This document shows, one piece after another, positions 29,161 to 38,788 of a DNA stretch of 38,788 nucleotides. The stretch is taken from contig NZ_JAUSCG010000107.1 of assembly GCF_030651615.1 (NCBI RefSeq), forward strand, positions 1-38,788, given 5' to 3'. Every line of letters begins with the position of its first letter. Positions within the stretch are counted from its first letter, which is position 1. The notes beneath the pieces were generated by a model. It saw only the letters and a program-made list of their open reading frames with translations, made no database searches and was not told the origin of the DNA. Source of the DNA: Methanocalculus sp. GTDB lineage: Archaea; Halobacteriota; Methanomicrobia; Methanomicrobiales; Methanocorpusculaceae. The translations under genes and the position numbers were made by a program.

Positions 29161-31010
29161 AGGGAGAGGGTCTGCCGCATACCGGTCACTTCTGTCCGGT
29201 ATCCACCCATCCCGGTGAGGAGTGTTTTGAATTGATCCGACTCGATGAGATCAAGGAGGGATCTGATCCTGGGATCAGAGAGATCTTCGGTCATGATCCC
29301 AAGCTCATACCGCTCGGTGCCTATCGGCACAAACGATAGCCCCGTCGTCTTTGCAGCAGATGCCACACAGAGACCTGCATCAGCCTCCCCGCTCTTCACA
29401 GCGAGGGCTACGGCAAGATGGGTCGTCATCTCGCGATCATACCCTGTGATCGCACGGGGATCGATATCACGCTCCTTCAGGAGATGGTCAAGGAGCATCC
29501 GGGTGCCTGATCCTTTCTGCCGATTGATGAACGGAACCCTCGTGATATCATCAAATGTCAGATCGTCCCGTGATACAATACCCTGCTCCCGTTCCGCAAC
29601 ACAGACGAGCGTCACCTCTTCTCCAGGAAGATACCGTTTCAGGTAGCTGACATTATAGGTTCCATCGGGTGCGAGGAGGTGCATCGGTGCACAATGGCAA
29701 TGTCGCCTCTTCAGTGCCAGAATACCACCCATACTCCCGATGTGAGTGGAATGAACCGGGAGTGGTGAGAGGAGATCTGCCATCCGGTCGAGTACCGGAT
29801 CATGGCTCCCTGAGAAGATAAGACCGGATCTGACCACCCCTTCAGGCACAGTGAGGGATAGTTCAACCGATTCACCGGACTCGGCACCTTCACTGTCCCG
29901 GGGAATCCGGAGTACGCCGTTTGATCGGACCGCACTCATCTGAACACCCGCCCCCCGTGAGAGAGGGGTTGCAATATACCTCCCCCCCACAAGACCCGCC
30001 GTCATCAGGGCGAACTCATCGGTCCCGATATCTGAGGTGAGCGAACGGGTCAGTTCGGCTCGCAGTGTGGCTGATTCCAAAACAGGAATTCCTGCCATCC
30101 TGATCAGGGGGGTGATGATCTCACGAAGTATCGTCAGTGCAGAGAGCGGGTATCCGGGAAGACCGATAACGGGTTTTCCCCGGATTTTTCCGATGATCAC
30201 CGGTTTTCCCGGCTTGATTGCAACTCCGTGAACGAGCAGATCCCCAAGCTCCCCGATTATCTCGGCAGTATAATCCTTCGTACCCTTCGATGATCCCGCA
30301 GAGATGATCACAAGATCATGCTCGGAGACTGCACGATCAAGTGCCTCCCTGATCTGATCCGGTTCATCGGGGACAGGTGGATACACCTCTGCAACGACTC
30401 CAAGGGACCTGAGGTAAGCTGCTGCCATCTGACAGTTGCTCTCGACAACCTGACCGGGTGCCGGTCGTGTGCCATGAGGAACAAGCTCACTGCCTGTCGG
30501 GATCAGTCCGCCACGCAGGGAGAGGAGAGGCAGCCCGGTGATCCCATATGCTGCAAGGGCACCGATATCATGATAGAGGATACGATGACCTCTTGGGATC
30601 GCCATCTCAGACTCCGCAATATCTTCACCAACCGGCCTGACATGCTGCCAGGGAGCAGCCGCCTTTCTGATGACATACTCCCCCGACTCTTCCCAGACAT
30701 CCTCGATCATGATCACCGCATCATAACCTGAAGGAACGACATTTCCGGTGTTGACCCGGATGGCGTTTGGAATGGTGATCGGCATCTTATCTGTTGCTCC
30801 ATGCGTATCGCGTGAACGAACAGCGATCCCGTCCATTGCAGAGAGGTGGGCCTCAGGAACCGAGTAGCCGGCAAATACAGGCTCTGCTGTTATCCTGCCG
30901 ACACTCTCCATAAGAGGGGCGATTACCCTTCCGGTAACCGGAGGGCAGTGTTTCAGAATGATCTCGATCGCTTCCTCTAATGTGACAAGAGAGAGGTACC
31001 GGCTTACCAT
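29157..31010 (-). CDS. moeA: Molybdopterin molybdotransferase MoeA fused to a periplasmic-binding-protein-like domain
   Basis: SAMDGIAV, PTGSEL, SAGSSKG and LPGYP motifs, plus a C-terminal GSHD..GSMGG..NRQKGSGTR PBP domain. Confidence 0.93.
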   Translation of the reverse strand: MVSRYLSLVTLEEAIEIILKHCPPVTGRVIAPLMESVGRITAEPVFAGYSVPEAHLSAMDGIAVRSRDTHGATDKMPITIPNAIRVNTGNVVPSGYDAVIMIEDVWEESGEYVIRKAAAPWQHVRPVGEDIAESEMAIPRGHRILYHDIGALAAYGITGLPLLSLRGGLIPTGSELVPHGTRPAPGQVVESNCQMAAAYLRSLGVVAEVYPPVPDEPDQIREALDRAVSEHDLVIISAGSSKGTKDYTAEIIGELGDLLVHGVAIKPGKPVIIGKIRGKPVIGLPGYPLSALTILREIITPLIRMAGIPVLESATLRAELTRSLTSDIGTDEFALMTAGLVGGRYIATPLSRGAGVQMSAVRSNGVLRIPRDSEGAESGESVELSLTVPEGVVRSGLIFSGSHDPVLDRMADLLSPLPVHSTHIGSMGGILALKRRHCHCAPMHLLAPDGTYNVSYLKRYLPGEEVTLVCVAEREQGIVSRDDLTFDDITRVPFINRQKGSGTRMLLDHLLKERDIDPRAITGYDREMTTHLAVALAVKSGEADAGLCVASAAKTTGLSFVPIGTERYELGIMTEDLSDPRIRSLLDLIESDQFKTLLTGMGGYRTEVTGMRQTLSL

Positions 31011-32206
31011 AGGATAACCTCCACTTCTGATCCCGCCTCATACCCTTCGGACTCTGCTGGCACCAGGACATACCCGTCACTCTGGACAAGGGTGTGTAAG
31101 AGACCTGACTTTGAGAAGAGCGGGGTTGCAGTATCGCCTGTCACACGTACCCTGACGTAATCTTCTCTCCCTTTTGCTGATGGGATGACGGAATCAAGGG
31201 TGGAAGTGCAGGTCATTACAGGATTCGATGTACCGCTCATCGCCTCAAGGAGCGGGGCAGTAATAGCACGCAGCACAATGAAGGCCGATGAAGGGTGACC
31301 GGGAAGCCCGATTACCGGACAATTTGATATCTCACCGATGATCGTCGGCTTACCTGGAGATATGGCGATCCCATGGACGAGGACACGACCGAGATCAGCG
31401 ATAACCGCCGCAGTAGCGTCACGTTCATCCTTTGAGCTGCCACCGGATATGAAGACCGCATCAGAGAATGATACCGCCTCTATAATGGCGCTGGCAAGTG
31501 ATTCGGTATCGTCCAAAACGATGCCGCAGGGGATCGGGATACATCCGCACTGGCGGATAAAAGCTTCACAGACGATCGAATTGACGTCCCTCACCTGACC
31601 CGGCAGAGGATCTGCAGTCGGGGGAACGAGTTCGTTCCCTGTTGCGATGACTGCGATCCGTGGGATTCGCCTGACAGTGACCGTCATCACACCTGCTGCT
31701 GCAAGCACCCCTGCCTCCTGAGGGAGTATCATAGCGCCTGATCTGAGTATCACTTCACCAGCGCGGAAGTCTTCGTCAGGTGCGACGACATTCTCTCCGC
31801 TTGCAGCAGGTTTCATCACAAGGACCTGATCTCCTGCGGTCTCGGTGTACTCAATCATTACAACAGCATCCGCACCATCCGGCACCATCCCTCCTGTCGG
31901 GACATACCGGCATTCTCCGGGCAGAATAACTCCCGGATCAGACGAACCCATCTCAACCCTTCCCGTGCAGGTGATCATTGAGGGGAGAGACTCTCCGGCA
32001 CCTGCGGTATCTGATGAGATGACGGCATATCCATCGACTGTCGATCGTGTAAACCCCGGCATATCATGGGTGGCAATAATGTCACCCTCAAGGATACGTT
32101 GGGGTGCTTCTGCAAGACGGACAGTCTCCTGACCGGGATCGCGTGCGACAGAAAGGAGAGAAGCCACCGCTTCCTTAACCGGGATAACCCGGAGGAAACG
32201 GCTCAT
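31004..32206 (-). CDS. moeA: Molybdopterin molybdotransferase MoeA
   Basis: STVDGYAV, ATGNEL, SGGSS, PGKPT and LPGHP motifs. Start at MSRFLRV (32206). Confidence 0.95.
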   Translation of the reverse strand: MSRFLRVIPVKEAVASLLSVARDPGQETVRLAEAPQRILEGDIIATHDMPGFTRSTVDGYAVISSDTAGAGESLPSMITCTGRVEMGSSDPGVILPGECRYVPTGGMVPDGADAVVMIEYTETAGDQVLVMKPAASGENVVAPDEDFRAGEVILRSGAMILPQEAGVLAAAGVMTVTVRRIPRIAVIATGNELVPPTADPLPGQVRDVNSIVCEAFIRQCGCIPIPCGIVLDDTESLASAIIEAVSFSDAVFISGGSSKDERDATAAVIADLGRVLVHGIAISPGKPTIIGEISNCPVIGLPGHPSSAFIVLRAITAPLLEAMSGTSNPVMTCTSTLDSVIPSAKGREDYVRVRVTGDTATPLFSKSGLLHTLVQSDGYVLVPAESEGYEAGSEVEVILW

Positions 32207-32379
32207 TTGAAACAACCCAGCTGGCAACCACGGATCTTGATGCCGTTTTTGTTGCAGTACCGGGAGATATCAAATTTTTCAATATTGTACTTCTCTGTGA
32301 TTGCAAATGCCTGCTCACACCGGATCTCTTTCTCGATCCCTTCTGCGGCAAATGCCGCGGCTACTGCGTCATATGACAT
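32203..32379 (-). CDS. 58-aa Cys-rich protein ending CQLGCF (not in the ORF track)
   Basis: Hand translation: MSYDAVAAAFAAEGIEKEIRCEQAFAITEKYNIEKFDISRYCNKNGIKIRGCQLGCFK*. Its stop overlaps the moeA start (ATGA). Confidence 0.85.
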   Translation of the reverse strand: MSYDAVAAAFAAEGIEKEIRCEQAFAITEKYNIEKFDISRYCNKNGIKIRGCQLGCFK

Positions 32380-32470
32380 ACACGTATCATTGTATTGCTA
32401 TCATATAGCATTTACAGATCAGGATCTAAGAGCAGGAGTCTTTAACTTTAAGAGTCAAACCTATTCTATA

Positions 32471-33790
32471 ATGGTAACAGCGCTCATTCACTCATCTCTT
32501 GATCCTGCAGGGGTGGCAATCCGATCTGCAATTGATGATCTCATCAAAGAGAGGGGTGGGTTTGCATGGCCTCTCATCTCTGATGGTGTCATCTTCCATG
32601 AAACCGAAGGGAGGCTCATCTATGAGCGAAAGCTTGACAGAAGAGTACGGGCCGATCGGATCATCTTCCTCTCCCGTCATACAAGTGTTCGTCCTGAACC
32701 GGTGTTGACGGTTCATGTCACCGGCAACTTCCGGGAGGCATCATATGGTGGTGAACCAGAAGAACTGCCAGCCGCAGATCCGGCCATGATGCAGGCGGTC
32801 CTCCGGAACCTGATCCGGTATGCTCCGGATGGGTATCGTGCAGCATATGAGGTGACCCATCATGGCCCGACTGATCTGGTGACACCCTCATTCTTCGTTG
32901 AGATCGGAAGTACAGAGGTGGAATGGAGGGATGGCAATGCAGCGCGGGCGGTCGCAGAGAGTGTGCTGATGGCTGAACCAGGTGATGCGATACCTCTGGT
33001 CGGATTTGGGGGAACGCACTATGCGGTGAGGCAGACCGCAATCGCAGCAGAGACACGCGGGGCATTTGGGCATATTGCACACTCCCGCGAAGCGGCGGGG
33101 ATGACCCCGGAGATGCTTGGGCAGATGATAGAGCGAACCGGCGCGGTCGCCGGATATATTGATAGAAAAGCCGTTTCCGGAACCGAAGCTGATCAGATCG
33201 CCCATCTCCTGAAAGAGGCAGGGCTACCGGTTCTGGCTGAAGGGATGCTCAGGGAGATGGGAGATCTCCCCTGGAAGACCTGGTGCAGGGCATCGGAGCT
33301 TGCTGAGGCGATTGCGTACGGATCGTTGATAAAAAATCATGGATTAAGAGAGGACCGTAATCTCACAACAGTTTCAATCCCTGAAGAACTCCTCGCCGAG
33401 GCGCTCAGGGGCCATGAGGAGGAGTTCATCTCCCTCCTCAATGGTATCACTCCATGCATAAGAATCGCAAGCGAGGGGCGTGCGGCCTTATCTACCTTCA
33501 TCGGGTATGAAGAGGACGGATCACAATTAGCAAGTGATTTAATAACCCTGTGTGTACAACAGATTACGAAACATTATCTTTCTGTTGTGGAGGGTGTTCG
33601 CCTCATCATCAGTAGAGATCGTTTCGACCCTGAGAAGGCGCGCATGCTTGGGGTCCCAGCAGGATCACTCTTCGGCAGGCTCGCCAGTGGTCACTCTGTG
33701 ACTGTTGAAGGGAGGGTCGTCAGACCAGAGATGGTCAACTCCTGTGTTATGAGGGAGATTATAATCCCGGGATTGGAGAGGTATACATGA
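32471..33790 (+). CDS. dtdA: D-aminoacyl-tRNA deacylase (DTD2), long form
   Basis: [27 protein letters not shown] and GFGGTHY motifs. Start at 32471 just after a TTTAACTT TATA box; ATGA overlap with ftsZ. Confidence 0.93.
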   Translation: MVTALIHSSLDPAGVAIRSAIDDLIKERGGFAWPLISDGVIFHETEGRLIYERKLDRRVRADRIIFLSRHTSVRPEPVLTVHVTGNFREASYGGEPEELPAADPAMMQAVLRNLIRYAPDGYRAAYEVTHHGPTDLVTPSFFVEIGSTEVEWRDGNAARAVAESVLMAEPGDAIPLVGFGGTHYAVRQTAIAAETRGAFGHIAHSREAAGMTPEMLGQMIERTGAVAGYIDRKAVSGTEADQIAHLLKEAGLPVLAEGMLREMGDLPWKTWCRASELAEAIAYGSLIKNHGLREDRNLTTVSIPEELLAEALRGHEEEFISLLNGITPCIRIASEGRAALSTFIGYEEDGSQLASDLITLCVQQITKHYLSVVEGVRLIISRDRFDPEKARMLGVPAGSLFGRLASGHSVTVEGRVVRPEMVNSCVMREIIIPGLERYT

Positions 33791-34959
33791 GATCAATCGT
33801 CGAAGAGGCATTATCACGAAAGAAGATGGAGGAGGCAGGGGAGGCCGAACAGTCTCCTTCATCCTACGAACGCACACCGATAGTGGATGCTCAGGCTAAA
33901 CCCAGACCGGTGACTGAAGGGGATATGGAAGATGATGACTTCAACGATATCCTTGAGAGCCTCCGCACAATCATCACTGTCGTCGGATGTGGTGGTGGAG
34001 GATCAAACACCATCACCCGGATGTTTGAAGAGAACATCCATGGTGCACGTATGGTTGCAATTAATACCGACGCCCAGCACCTTGCGATGACCAGAGCTGA
34101 TAAGAGGATACTGATCGGCAGACAGACCACCAAAGGCCTCGGTGCCGGTGCAGTTCCTCGTCGGGGTGAAGAGGCCGCACTTGAGAGCGAAGACGCCATT
34201 CACAGAAATATTGCCGGAAGCCATATGGTCTTTGTAACAGCAGGTCTTGGCGGTGGAACCGGAACGGGATCCGCTCCGATCGTTGCAAAGGCGGCTCGGG
34301 AAGAGGGTGCGCTTACAATCGCCGTCGTTACACTCCCCTTCACAGCTGAGGGTGCAAACCGGATGGAGAATGCCGAAGCAGGTCTTGAACATCTCCGTGA
34401 GGTGGCAGATACCGTCATCGTCGTTCCAAACGACCGTCTTCTTGAAGTTGTTCCGCGCCTTCCCCTCTCCACCGCATTCAAGGTTGCCGATGAGGTGCTG
34501 ATGAAAGCGGTCAAAGGGATCACCGAACTGATCACCCTCCCGGGTCTTGTCAACCTCGATTTTGCGGATGTCAGATCCGTTATGGAACAGGGAGGTATTG
34601 CCATGATCGGGATGGGAGAGTCCGATTCCGAAGATAAAGCAATTGATTCGGTGAAGAAAGCCCTCAGATCACCCCTCCTTGATGTGGACATCTCCGGGGC
34701 CACCGCCGCGCTTGTGAATGTCGTCGGCGGGCCGGATATGACAATGTCCGAAGCCGAGGGAGTCGTTCAGGAGATTTATGAGAGGATCGATCCGGGCGCA
34801 CGGATCATATGGGGTGCACAGATCGACCCGGCCATGCAGAACAGAATGAGAACGATGCTGATCGTCACCGGGGTTCAGTCCCCGCAGATATATGGTAAAG
34901 CTGAACGACCCTATGGACAACGCCTCCAGAAACAATATGATATAGATTTTCTCAAGTGA
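33787..34959 (+). CDS. ftsZ: Cell division protein FtsZ (FtsZ1 context)
   Basis: GGGGSN, GGGTGTG and NLDFADV motifs; located upstream of secE-spt5. Confidence 0.98.
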   Translation: MRSIVEEALSRKKMEEAGEAEQSPSSYERTPIVDAQAKPRPVTEGDMEDDDFNDILESLRTIITVVGCGGGGSNTITRMFEENIHGARMVAINTDAQHLAMTRADKRILIGRQTTKGLGAGAVPRRGEEAALESEDAIHRNIAGSHMVFVTAGLGGGTGTGSAPIVAKAAREEGALTIAVVTLPFTAEGANRMENAEAGLEHLREVADTVIVVPNDRLLEVVPRLPLSTAFKVADEVLMKAVKGITELITLPGLVNLDFADVRSVMEQGGIAMIGMGESDSEDKAIDSVKKALRSPLLDVDISGATAALVNVVGGPDMTMSEAEGVVQEIYERIDPGARIIWGAQIDPAMQNRMRTMLIVTGVQSPQIYGKAERPYGQRLQKQYDIDFLK

Positions 34960-34965
34960 TTCATC

Positions 34966-35175
34966 ATGGATATGCCAGAATTTAAGAAGCCCAACTTTAA
35001 AAGCCTCAACCTGAATGAGGAGCTGTTTCGAAAGTACATTCGTGTCCTGAAACTGGCACGAACACCCACCAGAGAAGAGTTCATGAAGATCGGCATGGTA
35101 TCGGGGATCGGAATCCTGATCATCGGGATGACCGGATTTATTCTCTATGAGATCATGCGCGTTCTTCCCCACTGA
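34966..35175 (+). CDS. secE: Protein translocase SecE/Sec61-gamma
   Basis: YIRVLKLARTPTREEF followed by a TM helix. Confidence 0.95.
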   Translation: MDMPEFKKPNFKSLNLNEELFRKYIRVLKLARTPTREEFMKIGMVSGIGILIIGMTGFILYEIMRVLPH

Positions 35176-35180
35176 TCATC

Positions 35181-35654
35181 ATGACCGAGGATGAAAACCA
35201 CTACTACGCCGTCAAGACGACCTCGAAGCAGGAGCGCGCTGTTGCCGATGCAATCTATCGCAACATTGAGCGGAGACTCGTTGATATCAAGGTCGTATCG
35301 GTGATCGTTCCCGAGGAGCTGAAGGGGTACGTAATCATCGAGTCGCCTGAAGGGCGTGGAAGAATCCAGGAACTCGTTGAGCGTATTCCAAGTGCACGGT
35401 CGGTTATTCCCGGCGAGACAAAACTTGAAGAAGTTCAGCATTATCTCGTTCCAAAACCGGTCGTCTCGGGAATCGAAGAAGGAACAATCGTTGAACTGAT
35501 CGCCGGACCCTTTAAGGGAGAGAAAGCGGTCGTCAAGCGGGTCGATCTCGGAAAAGAGGAGATCACCGTTGAGTTATACGAGAGTATCGTCCCAATCCCC
35601 ATCACCGTTCGCGGTGACCACGTGAGGGTCATCGAACGGAAGAGCGACGAATAA
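35181..35654 (+). CDS. spt5: Transcription elongation factor Spt5 (NusG)
   Basis: NGN domain (YAVKTT, LKGYVIIE) and KOW motif (GPFKGE). Confidence 0.96.
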   Translation: MTEDENHYYAVKTTSKQERAVADAIYRNIERRLVDIKVVSVIVPEELKGYVIIESPEGRGRIQELVERIPSARSVIPGETKLEEVQHYLVPKPVVSGIEEGTIVELIAGPFKGEKAVVKRVDLGKEEITVELYESIVPIPITVRGDHVRVIERKSDE

Positions 35655-35670
35655 CCTATACATCAGGAAC

Positions 35671-35702
35671 GGGTACCGGCCTCTGTACCCCCTTCTTTTT
35701 TT
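35671..35702 (+). terminator. Hairpin plus oligo-T terminator after spt5
   Basis: GGGTAC (35671-35676) / GTACCC (35685-35690) stem followed by TTCTTTTTTT. Confidence 0.65.
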
Positions 35703-35718
35703 CAGAGGATTCCCATCA

Positions 35719-35789
35719 TATTTATCATACTTGCCGTTGACGTATATGAACCACAGCTGATAGCCCAAAAAGGGTTGTCAGCATGGTGA
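35719..35789 (+). promoter_or_regulatory. rpl11 promoter and hairpin 5' leader
   Basis: TATTTATC at 35719-35726, an 11-bp stem at 35756-35766/35772-35782, and SD GGTGA at 35785-35789. Confidence 0.6.
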
Positions 35790-35793
35790 TACT

Positions 35794-36270
35794 ATGGCAG
35801 AAACTGTCGAGGTACTGGTACCCGGCGGTAGAGCGACCGCAGGCCCGCCATTGGGCCCAGCGCTGGGTCCTCTAGGAATCAACGTGAAGGCCGTCGTCGA
35901 AGAGATTAACAAGAAGACGTCGGAATTCAATGGAATGACTGTGCCAGTCACGGTGGAAGTCGACGATAAGAAGAACTTCACCATCTCGGTGGGTATCCCA
36001 CCGACAACGGCATTGATCATTAAAGAAGTTGGTTCAGAGAAGGGGTCATCAAGCCCTAACACCCAGCCGGTTGGTAATCTGCCGCTTGAAGCGATCATTC
36101 GGATCGCTCGCATGAAACAGGAATCTATGCTCTCTTACGACCTCAGAAATGCGGTCAAGGAGGTCATTGGTACCTGCCGCTCCGTAGGAGTGACGATCGA
36201 AGGCATGAAGGCGAAAGAAGCCATTGCCGCGATCAATGCGGGCCAGTTCGATGATCAGCTGAATGCATAG
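35794..36270 (+). CDS. rpl11: 50S ribosomal protein L11 (uL11)
   Basis: GGRATAGPPLGPALGPLG motif. Confidence 0.98.
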   Translation: MAETVEVLVPGGRATAGPPLGPALGPLGINVKAVVEEINKKTSEFNGMTVPVTVEVDDKKNFTISVGIPPTTALIIKEVGSEKGSSSPNTQPVGNLPLEAIIRIARMKQESMLSYDLRNAVKEVIGTCRSVGVTIEGMKAKEAIAAINAGQFDDQLNA

Positions 36271-36282
36271 ACTTAGAGACAA

Positions 36283-36318
36283 CCATAGGAGATCGTGTAA
36301 CACGGTCGATAACTATGG
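36283..36318 (+). promoter_or_regulatory. L1-binding autoregulatory hairpin
   Basis: CCATAG-GA-GATCGTG-TAA-CACGGTC-GATAA-CTATGG: two stems around an asymmetric purine-rich loop, overlapping the SD GGAGG of rpl1. Confidence 0.75.
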
Positions 36319-36330
36319 AGGCATCATTAA

Positions 36331-36972
36331 ATGGTTGAAATAACCCAGATTCTCAAGGCCGTATCCGCGGCTATCGAGCAGGCGCCAGAGAGGAAGTTCC
36401 GGGAGAGTGTGGACATCACAGTCAACCTTAAGCACATCGACATGGCCCAGCCGAAAAACCGTATTGATGCGACGATTCTTCTGCCAGAGAGTGCAGGCAC
36501 CAAAAGGATCGCGGTCTTGGGCAAGGGAGACATTACATCTCAGGCGAAAGAGTCGGGTGTCGATCTGATCATCGGCCCTGAAGAGATCGAACGTCTGGGA
36601 GGTGCTCCGCGTGAAGCCAGACTGGTTGCATGCGAGTATGATTTCTTCCTTGCAGAGACCGCTGTTATGCCCCTCGTAGGCCGATATCTAGGTCCACGAC
36701 TTGGTCCACGCGGCAAGATGCCGATGCCTATCCCACCGGGACAGGACATCAGACCCATTGTAGAGCGTCTGCGCGGTTCAATCAGGATCAGAACAAAGGA
36801 TAAGATGAGCTTTTCAACAAAGGTCGGGACGACAGAGATGTCACCGGATCAGCTTGTTGAGAATATCAATGCAGTCCTCAGGAGAGTTGAGTCAACCCTG
36901 GAGCAGGGTTCACAGAACATCCGATCGGTCTACGTCAAGACGACGATGGGACCGGCAGTGAGGTTGATTTAG
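36331..36972 (+). CDS. rpl1: 50S ribosomal protein L1 (uL1)
   Basis: RKFRESVD, LGPRGKMP and KTTMGP motifs. Confidence 0.98.
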   Translation: MVEITQILKAVSAAIEQAPERKFRESVDITVNLKHIDMAQPKNRIDATILLPESAGTKRIAVLGKGDITSQAKESGVDLIIGPEEIERLGGAPREARLVACEYDFFLAETAVMPLVGRYLGPRLGPRGKMPMPIPPGQDIRPIVERLRGSIRIRTKDKMSFSTKVGTTEMSPDQLVENINAVLRRVESTLEQGSQNIRSVYVKTTMGPAVRLI

Positions 36973-37821
36973 ATGGCAGTGTACACACGCCACCTACCTC
37001 AGTGGAAGCGAGACGAGGTTGAAGAGGTTAAGAAGAATGTTCAGGAGTATGCGTTAATCGGCATCATCGATATGTACGGCATCCCTGCAACACAGTTCCA
37101 GCAGATCCGTCGGAACCTCAAAAAGACCACCATAATTAAAGTGATGAGAAATACGCTGATTGATCACGCGTTCTCAGAACTTGGTGGTGCGTATGAGGGT
37201 CTTAAACAACATATCACCGGACACTCGGCACTTATCTTCACAAACGACAATCCCTTCAAGCTCTTCAAGTCCCTTGAGCAGACGAAGACAAAACGGTCGG
37301 CAAAAGCCGGTGAGATAACACCCGTTGACATCGTTGTTGCAAAAGGACCCACAAGCTTCAAGCCAGGCCCAATCGTCAGTGAACTCCAGCAGGCAGGTAT
37401 TCCCGCCACCATCGAAGGTGGAAAGGTCAAGATCAGAGAGACGAAGACGATTGTAAAGGCAGGAGAGGCAATCGACAGGAAGCAAGTCGGTATCCTCTCA
37501 AAACTCGGCGTCAAACCTATGGACGTCGGTATTGCCCTTAATGTCGCATTCTATCAGGATCAGATGTACCTCCCCGATGTGCTCGGAGTTGACGAAGCCG
37601 AATACTATAACAGACTCGTCCTTGCTGTCCAGCAGGCATTCAACCTCTCGGTCAATGCAGCCTATCCGACTGCATTCACGATGGAGGCAATCCTTGCAAA
37701 GGCATTCCGTGAGGCTCGCAGTCTTGGTATAGAGGCCGCTATCTACGAGAAAGATGTCATCGATGGCATCATCGCAAAGGCATACAGACAGATGAACACG
37801 ATCAAAGTATTAGTTGAATAA
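36973..37821 (+). CDS. rpl10: 50S ribosomal protein L10/P0 (uL10)
   Basis: PQWK, QQIRRNL, RNTL and GPTSFKPGP motifs. Confidence 0.97.
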   Translation: MAVYTRHLPQWKRDEVEEVKKNVQEYALIGIIDMYGIPATQFQQIRRNLKKTTIIKVMRNTLIDHAFSELGGAYEGLKQHITGHSALIFTNDNPFKLFKSLEQTKTKRSAKAGEITPVDIVVAKGPTSFKPGPIVSELQQAGIPATIEGGKVKIRETKTIVKAGEAIDRKQVGILSKLGVKPMDVGIALNVAFYQDQMYLPDVLGVDEAEYYNRLVLAVQQAFNLSVNAAYPTAFTMEAILAKAFREARSLGIEAAIYEKDVIDGIIAKAYRQMNTIKVLVE

Positions 37822-37834
37822 AGGTGACCTAATT

Positions 37835-38140
37835 ATGGAGTATATCTACGCTGCTCTCTTATTGCACTCCGCAGGCAAAACAGTAGAGGAAGAATCCGTC
37901 ATGGCAGTTCTCTCTGCCGCTGGTATCGCTGCAAACGAATCCCGTGTAAAGGCGCTCATTGCAGCCCTTGACGGTGTTGACATCGAAGATGCCATCAGCA
38001 AAGCCGCCGCAGCACCTGTTGCGGTTGCAGCAGCAGCACCCGCTGCAGCAGCAGCTGAAGAGGCCCCCGAAGAGGAAGAGTCAAAGAAGGAAGAGGAAGA
38101 AGAGTCCGGCATGGCCGGTCTTGGAGCCCTCTTCGGCTAA
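37835..38140 (+). CDS. rpl12: 50S ribosomal protein L12/P1
   Basis: [11 protein letters not shown] start, Ala/Glu-rich hinge and GLGALFG end; SD AGGTGA. Confidence 0.97.
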   Translation: MEYIYAALLLHSAGKTVEEESVMAVLSAAGIAANESRVKALIAALDGVDIEDAISKAAAAPVAVAAAAPAAAAAEEAPEEEESKKEEEEESGMAGLGALFG

Positions 38141-38153
38141 ATTTTCTTTTTTC
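38141..38153 (+). terminator. Oligo-T terminator of the ribosomal protein operon
   Basis: ATTTTCTTTTTTC immediately after the rpl12 stop. Confidence 0.55.
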
Positions 38154-38274
38154 AATCAATCATTAGAGCATTTGACGCTCTCCAGTCCGGAGATTACCTG
38201 ATTATCCGTTCCCAATCAACAGAACTATTTCCAAATCTTGAAATCATCAGACCCACAACGCATGTAGTTTGACG

Positions 38275-38788
38275 ATGAGCATCGAGATTCTAATCATCAC
38301 GCTTTATCTGCTCGCGATGCTGGCAATAGGCTTTATTGTCCAGAGGCGGGGAAACGTCGAGAGTGCAAAAGGATATCTTATTGCAAACAGAAACGTCGGA
38401 CCATTCTTAATCGGCGGAACGCTCTTTGCCACGTTCTGGGGTGGAGGGACGCTGCTTGGAGGTGCCGGAGCAGCATATAACGGATACCTCCTCGGAACGA
38501 TTGCAGATCCCTGGGCATCCGGGGTCACGCTTATCCTCATGGCAATCTTCTTTGTTACGCTCCTCAGGAGGATGAAGATCGCCTCTCTTGGTGAGATGTA
38601 CCGGCTCAGGTATGGGAAGCGGGTAGCAGCTATTGCCACATTCCTCTCTCTCCCGACACTGATCTTCTGGACTGCCGTGCAGATCCTTGCCATTGGAAAG
38701 ATCATTAACGTATTAGTCGGCATTCCAGCAATAGAATCGGGGGTAATCGCTGGATTAATCGTCATCATCTATACGTATCTCGGCGGGA
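38275..38788 (+). CDS. Sodium:solute symporter family protein (partial, runs off the window; not in the ORF track)
   Basis: Hand translation: MSIEILIITLYLLAMLAIGF..GYLIANRNVG..TLFATFWGGGTLLGGAGAAY..YTYLGG, a typical SSS N-terminus. Confidence 0.9.
   Translation, partial: MSIEILIITLYLLAMLAIGFIVQRRGNVESAKGYLIANRNVGPFLIGGTLFATFWGGGTLLGGAGAAYNGYLLGTIADPWASGVTLILMAIFFVTLLRRMKIASLGEMYRLRYGKRVAAIATFLSLPTLIFWTAVQILAIGKIINVLVGIPAIESGVIAGLIVIIYTYLGG

Noticed and set aside
32066-32470. N-terminal 135 aa of the 574-aa ORF
   Set aside because: It overlaps moeA and the 58-aa gene on the opposite strand. DtdA homology and a TATA box place the start at 32471. Similar over-extensions at 4199, 6847, 9367, 15534, 18194, 23732 and 37814 were trimmed.
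38000-38105. GCA and GAA/GAG triplet runs resembling microsatellites
   Set aside because: They encode the normal Ala/Glu hinge of L12/P1.
38304-38768. 154-aa minus-strand ORF and many other 60-270 aa antisense or alternate-frame ORFs (e.g. 20894-21709)
   Set aside because: These are shadow ORFs of well-supported genes. Here the real gene is the + strand symporter.
1-38788. CRISPR array, IS elements, inteins, rRNA, programmed frameshifts
   Set aside because: I saw no regularly spaced repeats or transposase motifs. The core proteins have normal lengths and intact frames. This was checked by eye only.

Overview
Densely coded chromosomal segment from a methanogenic archaeon, most likely Methanomicrobiales. 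This is inferred from archaeal ribosomal proteins, Spt5, DTD2, Thg1, MptE, Nre, TATA/BRE promoters and GGTGA/GAGG ribosome-binding sites. Most of the window is housekeeping: lig-nre-DUF2117, ribL, a JAMM protease, tRNA-Lys(CTT), DHH-mptE-radical SAM, a P-type ATPase, ileS, thg1, a PRC-barrel protein, an S2P protease, two moeA genes, dtdA-ftsZ-secE-spt5, rpl11-rpl1-rpl10-rpl12 and a truncated Na+/solute symporter. I saw no CRISPR array, transposase, integrase or rRNA. The most notable items are: (1) an ErcA/ErcS-like iron-ADH plus sensor kinase plus two-receiver signalling operon, preceded by a ~200-nt highly structured non-coding region; (2) a YgjP/M48 protein with four tandem copies of its N-terminal module; (3) an intact but catalytically dead MNT-HEPN fusion; (4) an ABC-2 permease fused to an intact PrsW-type intramembrane protease; (5) an uncalled 58-aa CQLGCF protein translationally coupled to the moeA pair; (6) a DTD2 carrying an RNase Z-like tRNA-binding arm; (7) two RNA hairpins in the rpl11/rpl1 leaders. 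All family calls come from motif recognition by eye. No searches or folding programs were run.
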